A stretch of 48,155 nt of DNA from an uncultured Gammaproteobacteria bacterium (GTDB taxonomy: Bacteria; Patescibacteriota; Microgenomatia; PFEM01; CAYIUX01): NCBI GenBank assembly GCA_964366795.1, contig CAYIUX010000001.1:1-48155 (forward strand). The letters run 5' to 3'. The translations under genes and the position numbers were made by a program. The notes below the pieces were generated by a model. The model did no database searches. It saw only the letters and a program-made list of their open reading frames with translations, and was not told the origin of the DNA. Shown piece by piece: positions 43,493-48,155 of the stretch (its first letter is position 1; each line of letters starts with the position of its first letter).

Positions 43493-45100
43493 ATGATTTT
43501 TAAAGAATGGTTTGTTTTAAAATCCCTTTCGGCTGGAGATTGGCCCTATCTTTTTCCAGAGAATATTGCTGAATTTTCCTTCTTCCCCCAATGGCCTTTT
43601 TTATGGCTGACTCCTTTTTATCAACTGACGGCGAAAATATTTGTTCAGTATTTGGGTTTTTCTTGGGAATTAACAGAAAAAATTGTCTGGTTCTGGCCAT
43701 TTTTGTTTTTAACAATTTTTTCTTCTTGGTATCTAGTGAAAACAATTTTTAAGAAAGCAAGCTTTTTACTTTTTACTTTTTACTTTTTACTTTATGGCTT
43801 TAATACTTATATTTTGATGGTTGTTGGTGGGGGACAGATGGGAGTGGCGATGGCTTATTCTCTGGCCCCTCTTGTTTTAGGAAGATTTATGAGGAAAAAC
43901 CTCAAACCTCAAACCTCAAGCCTCAAGCCTTTAATGTTTACCGGTGTTGTTTTGGCGATTCAAATAATGTTTGATCCTCGGATCGCTTTTATTACAGTGC
44001 TGGTGGTATTAGTTTATTGGTTTATTAACCGCTTAGAGAGGTTGAAACTTTTGATTATCCCTGTTTTTCTGGCGTTTTTTCTCAATTCATATTGGATTTT
44101 ACCAACGATAAGATTTGGTGTGCCCACCCAACTGGAAAGCTATAGAGAATCGGGCTGGATGAATTATTTAAGCATCGCTAAATTTTCAGATGGAATTTCC
44201 CTTTTACACCCCAACTGGCCGGAAAATATCTTTGGTAAAACCTATTTTATGAAACCAGAATTTATTATCTTACCAATTTTAGCCTTTAGTTCTTTGCTTT
44301 TTCTTAAATCACTAATAACTAATTACCAATTACTAATTACTTATTTCGCGCTTTTGGCGCTCATCGGCGCTTTTCTGGCTAAGGGGGTTAATCCACCGCT
44401 GGGAATAATCAACCGTTGGCTGTTCCAAATTCCTGGTTTTAATCTTTTCCGCGACCCAACTAAATTCTACTTGTTAGTCTGCCTCTCTTACAGCGTCCTG
44501 GTACCATTCAGTATTTACAAAATTTACAGCTTGTTAAAGTCAAAAGTGAAATATTTATTTTTACTATTTGCCCTTGGTTATTTACTATTTTTAATCAAGC
44601 CGCTGATTTTGGGTCAGCTAGGGGGAACATTTAGGGCAAAAGAAGTTCCTCAAGAATATATTGCCCTTAAAGACTTTTTGATTAAGGACCAGTCTTCTGG
44701 TCGAGTTTTGTGGTTACCGACAAAACAACGTTTTGGCTTTTCTTCCAATAACCATCCGGCTATTAATAGCGAAGATTATCTGACCGATTTTATCTGTAAA
44801 GAACCCTTTTGTTCTTTAAAAATGGAAATGCCGAGCAAATGGGGCGAGAAATGTTTTCCCAATGACCGATGTTATGTCCGCGAGTTAAGCTACTTTTTGA
44901 ATCCTAAAACCGCGGAAATTATGGCTCAAATGGGGATTAAATACATAGTTGTTCCTTTTGATTCCGAGAAAGAAATTTTTATTGCTGAGTGGAAATATAA
45001 TCCCCAACAAAGAGAAGAAGTCGAGGAGTTTTTAGATACGATTCCCTGGCTGAAAAAGATTGAGGTTGCCGACAAAATTGCTATGTATGAAGTCCGTTAG
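43493..45100 (+). CDS. Multi-pass membrane protein, short paralogue of the AftD/DUF3367-like GT-C
   Basis: The tracked ORF starts at 43454. ATG 43493 lies 2 nt after the upstream stop and gives about 535 aa. NPPLGIINRWLFQIPGFNLFRDPTKFYLLV parallels HPPLGLIYQLFVQFIPGFAIFRTPFYKF in 39868-43179. It contains three heptamer arrays. Confidence 0.58.
   Translation: MIFKEWFVLKSLSAGDWPYLFPENIAEFSFFPQWPFLWLTPFYQLTAKIFVQYLGFSWELTEKIVWFWPFLFLTIFSSWYLVKTIFKKASFLLFTFYFLLYGFNTYILMVVGGGQMGVAMAYSLAPLVLGRFMRKNLKPQTSSLKPLMFTGVVLAIQIMFDPRIAFITVLVVLVYWFINRLERLKLLIIPVFLAFFLNSYWILPTIRFGVPTQLESYRESGWMNYLSIAKFSDGISLLHPNWPENIFGKTYFMKPEFIILPILAFSSLLFLKSLITNYQLLITYFALLALIGAFLAKGVNPPLGIINRWLFQIPGFNLFRDPTKFYLLVCLSYSVLVPFSIYKIYSLLKSKVKYLFLLFALGYLLFLIKPLILGQLGGTFRAKEVPQEYIALKDFLIKDQSSGRVLWLPTKQRFGFSSNNHPAINSEDYLTDFICKEPFCSLKMEMPSKWGEKCFPNDRCYVRELSYFLNPKTAEIMAQMGIKYIVVPFDSEKEIFIAEWKYNPQQREEVEEFLDTIPWLKKIEVADKIAMYEVR
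43763..43793. repeat. Perfect heptanucleotide tandem array (tttttac x4 plus a partial unit) inside a CDS
   Basis: The units are tttttac|tttttac|tttttac|tttttac|ttt. They encode FLLFTFYFLLYG. Confidence 0.9.
43900..43930. repeat. Heptanucleotide tandem array (cctcaaa x2, cctcaag x2, plus cct) inside a CDS
   Basis: The units are cctcaaa|cctcaaa|cctcaag|cctcaag|cct. They encode KNLKPQTSSLKPL. Confidence 0.9.
44313..44347. repeat. Degenerate heptanucleotide tandem array (taattac-type x5) inside a CDS
   Basis: The units are taataac|taattac|caattac|taattac|ttatttc. They encode LITNYQLLITYF. Confidence 0.8.
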
Positions 45101-46551
45101 TAAATAATCCGGTAGAGCTTGGCGTCGTTGACTTCTTTTTCCAATCTGATTTTCCCCGCTTTTTCCATGTTCTTAATCGCGCTTTCAAAATTTTCGTTGC
45201 TTTCCAAAAGTTGGGTTAGCCACTGATAAGGATGAAGGTCAACGACTAAATACTCTGGTTTTCCCCCAAAATCCAACCACCAACAGCTAATTTGACCACA
45301 GGGTTTGTTGTCAAAATCATGCTGGCGTGGATAGACCAAATAGATTTCCTTCCGATGGCTAAGATGTGGTGCGAGACTTTGTTGGGTGGCGACACTCGCT
45401 TCTGGCGGAATTGATTTAAATAATCCTCGATTATCTGCCATCCAAGGTTCTTCGCGCCAATAAATTGGCTTGGAGAGTTTGTTTAAGGGAAAATGGAAAA
45501 AATACTGTAGGCTTAAAGCAACCAAGACAAGAAAAAGCGAAATCGTCTGTGAGAAAACTTTTTGGTTTAAGGGTTTAATTTTGTTTAAGAGTTTAAGTGC
45601 GTCCAGCATTCCTAAAAGTAAAAATGGGGCTAAAATTACTCGGTGATGCATAAAAGGACTCCACATTCGGGCAAATTCTTTACCGGTGACAAAATATTGA
45701 GACAAATCAAGAAGAACGGCTAGCATTACCCCCGGGGATAATAAAGGCAAAAAGGAAAACCAAGAAAGCGAGTAAAGCCATGTTAGGCGCTTTTCTTGAG
45801 AGTTAAAAAAGTCAACAGCGATTTTAACTGGGTTTAAACTGATTTCTGGCCAATATTGGAAGCCAACATTAGAAAAAGAAGCAATAACTTTTGCCGCCAA
45901 AAAACTCCAGCCAAAGCCGCCGATAATGAACCCCAACGCAATCCGTCGGTATTTTTTTTGGAAAAGATATATTAAACCCAAACAAGCCAAGGCAATCCCC
46001 ATGTTTTCTTGGGTGGCTAAAAGTAGAATCAAAGTGATTATAAAAGGCTTAGTTTTTCCTGATTCCAGAAAATATGCCACCCAAGCGAGCAAGCCCACCC
46101 CGATTACTACTGGATGAAAATCAAAAAAGACTGCCTGCTGGATGCCGTAAAAAAGGCTGTAGATAAAACTAAGATTAAGGGAAGTTAAAGGAGAAAACTT
46201 TCTTAAGCGGCATAATTTATAAATTGCCAAACTAGAAAAACTAATCCAGAAAGCCTGGAAAATTAAAAGCATCCTGACATTATCCCAGAGCCAAAAAAGC
46301 GGAGAGAGCAGGGGCAAAGTTAAATTCAAATGGTCACCTAAAATATGGCGTTCTTTAATGGTATTGTAGGGTTCAAAAAATCTTGAATATTGCCAAACAG
46401 CCTGGTCATAAAGTCCTAAATCAAATCCACCTGATTGAAAATGATTATGGCGAAGAACAGAAAGGGTGGAGTAGAAGATGGAAAGGACAATAACCCAAAC
46501 TAGAAAGAGCTTAAAAGCGTTTTTAGCGAGGAAGTTTATAAACTTAAGCAT
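45097..46551 (-). CDS. DUF2079-family multi-pass membrane protein (GT-C-related)
   Basis: 484 aa. The N-terminal SVLRHNHFQSGGFDLGLYDQAVWQYSRF...LGDHLNLTLPLLSPLFWLW is the characteristic DUF2079 signature. Its stop overlaps the convergent upstream gene by 4 nt. Confidence 0.78.
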   Translation of the reverse strand: MLKFINFLAKNAFKLFLVWVIVLSIFYSTLSVLRHNHFQSGGFDLGLYDQAVWQYSRFFEPYNTIKERHILGDHLNLTLPLLSPLFWLWDNVRMLLIFQAFWISFSSLAIYKLCRLRKFSPLTSLNLSFIYSLFYGIQQAVFFDFHPVVIGVGLLAWVAYFLESGKTKPFIITLILLLATQENMGIALACLGLIYLFQKKYRRIALGFIIGGFGWSFLAAKVIASFSNVGFQYWPEISLNPVKIAVDFFNSQEKRLTWLYSLSWFSFLPLLSPGVMLAVLLDLSQYFVTGKEFARMWSPFMHHRVILAPFLLLGMLDALKLLNKIKPLNQKVFSQTISLFLVLVALSLQYFFHFPLNKLSKPIYWREEPWMADNRGLFKSIPPEASVATQQSLAPHLSHRKEIYLVYPRQHDFDNKPCGQISCWWLDFGGKPEYLVVDLHPYQWLTQLLESNENFESAIKNMEKAGKIRLEKEVNDAKLYRIIY

Positions 46552-46553
46552 TT

Positions 46554-46564
46554 TATAATATAAT
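46554..46564 (+). promoter_or_regulatory. Two overlapping TATAAT boxes in the divergent gap
   Basis: The sequence tataatataat contains TATAAT at 46554-46559 and at 46559-46564. The second box ends 7 nt before ATG 46572. This implies a very short or absent leader. Confidence 0.3.
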
Positions 46565-46571
46565 ATGATTG

Positions 46572-46811
46572 ATGGTGATAAAGATTCAAGACCTGGCCTT
46601 TATTTTGGTATTTTTGCTCGTTTTTTGGCGTCGAAGCAGTAAACTAGCGGTGAGCATCGGTCTTTTTTGTCTTGTTCTAGCGATTCCTTTGTTCAAATTC
46701 TGGATTTTTTTCACCGCCGAACGGTTAACTTGGTATGCGGCGGCATTTTTTGCCTACAGCATAATTCTTCAATTATTTGAATTATTAAAGAAAGGAAATT
46801 TAAAGAAATGA
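46572..46811 (+). CDS. Small membrane protein (79 aa, about 3 TM)
   Basis: The tracked ORF starts at TTG 46569, and ATG 46572 is more likely. The sequence is MVIKIQDLAFILVFLLVFW...LFCLVLAIPLF...AAAFFAYSIILQLF. It has an ATGA overlap with the next gene. No family was recognised. Confidence 0.42.
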   Translation: MVIKIQDLAFILVFLLVFWRRSSKLAVSIGLFCLVLAIPLFKFWIFFTAERLTWYAAAFFAYSIILQLFELLKKGNLKK

Positions 46812-47362
46812 GAATTGGCATTGATATTAGTCAGATAGCTCACGAAGGAACTGGGGTGGCTAATTACACTAGAAATCTAGTGGAGAATTTACTAAAAATT
46901 GATAGAAAGAATGAATATATATTTTTCTTCGCTTCGCTCAGAAGAAAATTTCTAATTTCTAATTTCCAATTTCTAAATAAATCTCAAATCCCAAATCCCA
47001 AAGTTAAGATTAAAACTTTTAAATTCCCTCCTACTTTATTGGATGTTTTCTGGAATAGGTTGCACATCATTCCCATTGAATGGTTAATTGGGGATGTTGA
47101 TATCTTTATTACCTCTGATTGGACTGAACCACCGACAACAAAAGCCAAAAAAGCGACAATTCTTTATGATTTAATTGTCTACAAACACCCAGAAGAGACG
47201 GATAAGAAAATAGTCACCACTCAAAGGCGAAAACTTGCCTGGGTGAAAAAGGAATCGGATATTATTTTTTGTATTTCCAAGGCAACCAAAAAAGATGCCA
47301 TGGAGATTTTGGGAATAGAAGAGAAAAGATTGCGGGTAGTTTATCCAGGAGGAAAATGTTAG
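46808..47362 (+). CDS. GT4 glycosyltransferase N-terminal Rossmann half only (truncated paralogue or gene remnant)
   Basis: 184 aa. The sequence MRIGIDISQIAHEGTGVANYTRNLVENLLKIDRKNEY...ISKATKKDAMEILGIEEKRLRVVYPG is colinear with residues 1 to about 170 of the next gene (…ISKASRNDIIKYYQVPEEKVVVTYPG). It stops exactly at the interdomain linker, and the donor-binding C-terminal domain is absent. Confidence 0.6.
   Translation: MRIGIDISQIAHEGTGVANYTRNLVENLLKIDRKNEYIFFFASLRRKFLISNFQFLNKSQIPNPKVKIKTFKFPPTLLDVFWNRLHIIPIEWLIGDVDIFITSDWTEPPTTKAKKATILYDLIVYKHPEETDKKIVTTQRRKLAWVKKESDIIFCISKATKKDAMEILGIEEKRLRVVYPGGKC
46947..47002. repeat. Two adjacent heptanucleotide arrays (aatttct-type x4; caaatcc x2.5) inside a CDS
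   Basis: The first array is aatttct|aatttct|aatttcc|aatttct (46947-46974). The spacer is aaataaatct. The second array is caaatcc|caaatcc|caaag (46985-47003). They encode KFLISNFQFLNKSQIPNPKVK. Confidence 0.88.
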
Positions 47363-48155
47363 TCGGAATTGATGGTAATGAAGCAAATATAGACAAAAGA
47401 GTCGGCGTTGGGCGATATGCCTTTGAACTACTGAAGCAATTCTATACCTGTCACCTGTCGCCTCTCACCTGTCACATCTATCTCAAGGATAAACCTTTAC
47501 CTGATTTACCAAGACAAACTGATTGGTGGCAGTATAAAGTCGTTGGACCAAGAAAGTTGTGGACCCAGATTGGATTACCATTGACTTTATTTTGGCAACG
47601 ACCAAAACCCAATGTTTTTTTTACACCCTCTCATTATGCCCCCCGATTTTCGCCTTGTCCGAGAGTGATTTCGATTATGGACCTGTCTTATCTTCATTTT
47701 CCAGGAATGTTTCGCAAGCAGGATTTATACCAACTTAAAAATTGGACCGCTTATTCGGTTAAAAAAGCCAAAAAAATTTTGACTATCTCCAAGGCCAGCA
47801 GGAATGATATAATTAAGTATTACCAGGTACCGGAAGAAAAGGTGGTGGTTACTTATCCGGGACACGAAATGAAACTTAAAACTAAAAACTTAAAACTAAA
47901 AACTATAAAAGAAAAATACGGAATAAAAGGGGATTATATTTTATCAGTAGGGACGCTTCAGCCGCGGAAAAATTATATCCGTTTAATTGAGGCTTTCTCC
48001 ACCCTACAATCTACTGCCTACACCCTAATAATCGTTGGCAAGCCCGGGTGGCTTTTTGAAGAAATTTATCAGGCGCCAAAAAAATTCGGGGTGGAGAAAA
48101 AAGTCAAATTTTTAAACTATGTCCCTGATGAAGATTTGCCTGGGCTTTATAAAGG
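47356..48155 (+). CDS. GT4 family glycosyltransferase (5' partial, runs off the window end; not in the ORF track)
   Basis: The frame is open from ATG 47356 to the window end with no stop. The N-terminus is MLVGIDGNEANIDKRVGVGRYAFELLK... Later regions read TISKASRNDIIKYYQVPEEKVVVTYPG and ILSVGTLQPRKNYIRLIEAF...IIVGKPGW...VKFLNYVPDEDLPGLYK, a classic start of the Glycos_transf_1 C-domain. Confidence 0.8.
   Translation, partial: MLVGIDGNEANIDKRVGVGRYAFELLKQFYTCHLSPLTCHIYLKDKPLPDLPRQTDWWQYKVVGPRKLWTQIGLPLTLFWQRPKPNVFFTPSHYAPRFSPCPRVISIMDLSYLHFPGMFRKQDLYQLKNWTAYSVKKAKKILTISKASRNDIIKYYQVPEEKVVVTYPGHEMKLKTKNLKLKTIKEKYGIKGDYILSVGTLQPRKNYIRLIEAFSTLQSTAYTLIIVGKPGWLFEEIYQAPKKFGVEKKVKFLNYVPDEDLPGLYK
47446..47480. 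repeat. Heptanucleotide tandem array (acctgtc-type x4-5) inside a CDS
   Basis: The units are acctgtc|acctgtc|gcctctc|acctgtc|acatcta. They encode TCHLSPLTCHI. Confidence 0.85.
47871..47905. repeat. Heptanucleotide tandem array (aaaacta/aaaactt x5) inside a CDS
   Basis: The units are gaaactt|aaaacta|aaaactt|aaaacta|aaaacta. They encode MKLKTKNLKLKTI at the GT4 interdomain linker. Confidence 0.85.

Noticed and set aside
1072-47386. About 36 short tracked ORFs (60-107 aa) nested inside or antisense to the long genes. Examples are 1072-1269, 1262-1510, 1305-1562, 1999-2193, 2442-2648, 6474-6665, 7228-7506, 10424-10609, 11366-11620, 12689-12964, 17518-17841, 25619-25870, 30534-30806, 36094-36366, 39216-39437, 43500-43745 and 47171-47386.
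   Set aside because: Each lies wholly within a longer ORF that carries recognisable family motifs. Their translations are low-complexity or compositionally odd, as expected for random open frames in AT-rich DNA, and none has an RBS or a recognisable domain.
43763-47905. Possibility that the short tandem repeats represent a CRISPR array or its remnants.
   Set aside because: The units are 7-8 nt and directly abutting, with no spacers. The arrays are only 28-35 nt long, sit inside ORFs and differ in sequence from each other. No cas genes are present.
1-48155. The island as a recently acquired mobile element or genomic island.
   Set aside because: No integrase, transposase, tRNA gene, direct-repeat boundary or visible compositional shift occurs within the window. 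Both edges are still inside glycosylation genes, so the boundaries cannot be assessed here.

Overview
AT-rich bacterial window, about 99% coding. It uses the standard genetic code: TGA, TAA and TAG all terminate long ORFs. GGAGG-type RBSs and TATAAT boxes are visible. I found no rRNA, tRNA, CRISPR array, transposase or integrase. Almost the whole 48 kb is one cell-envelope glycosylation island of 41 genes. Both window edges cut GT4 glycosyltransferase genes, so the island is probably longer.

Gene content:
- 7 cobalamin(B12)-binding class-B radical SAM genes
- 3 SPASM/twitch radical SAM genes
- 6 GT2 genes, three of them Dpm1/GtrB/ArnC-like polyprenyl-phosphate-sugar synthases
- 6 GT4 genes, including one 3' fragment, one N-domain-only copy and one 5' partial copy that is missing from the ORF track
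- about 12 multi-pass GT-C-type membrane proteins: PMT/ArnT-like, a TMTC/PMT-like pair, an AftD/DUF3367-like giant plus a short paralogue, and DUF2079
- 3 class I SAM methyltransferases, 1 nucleotide-sugar dehydrogenase, 1 SDR epimerase, 1 secreted DUF5667-like protein and 2 small membrane proteins

Organisation: nineteen genes (14154-36964, + strand) form a gap-free, largely ATGA-coupled operon.

Most notable observations:
1. Radical SAM genes are unusually dense and interleaved with lipid-carrier GT2 and GT-C genes, including a duplicated GT2 / Dpm1-like GT2 / B12-rSAM cassette.
2. SPASM radical SAM genes are wedged next to GT-C genes.
3. A recurring class of roughly 4-copy heptanucleotide (once octanucleotide) tandem arrays is embedded in-frame in five surface-glycosylation genes, at equivalent positions in paralogues.
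4. One GT-C paralogue is interrupted by a single in-frame TAA.

Limits: the protein families and gene style resemble Patescibacteria/CPR (Microgenomates-like) genomes, but that is inference only. All functional calls come from motif recognition by eye, and no database search was possible.
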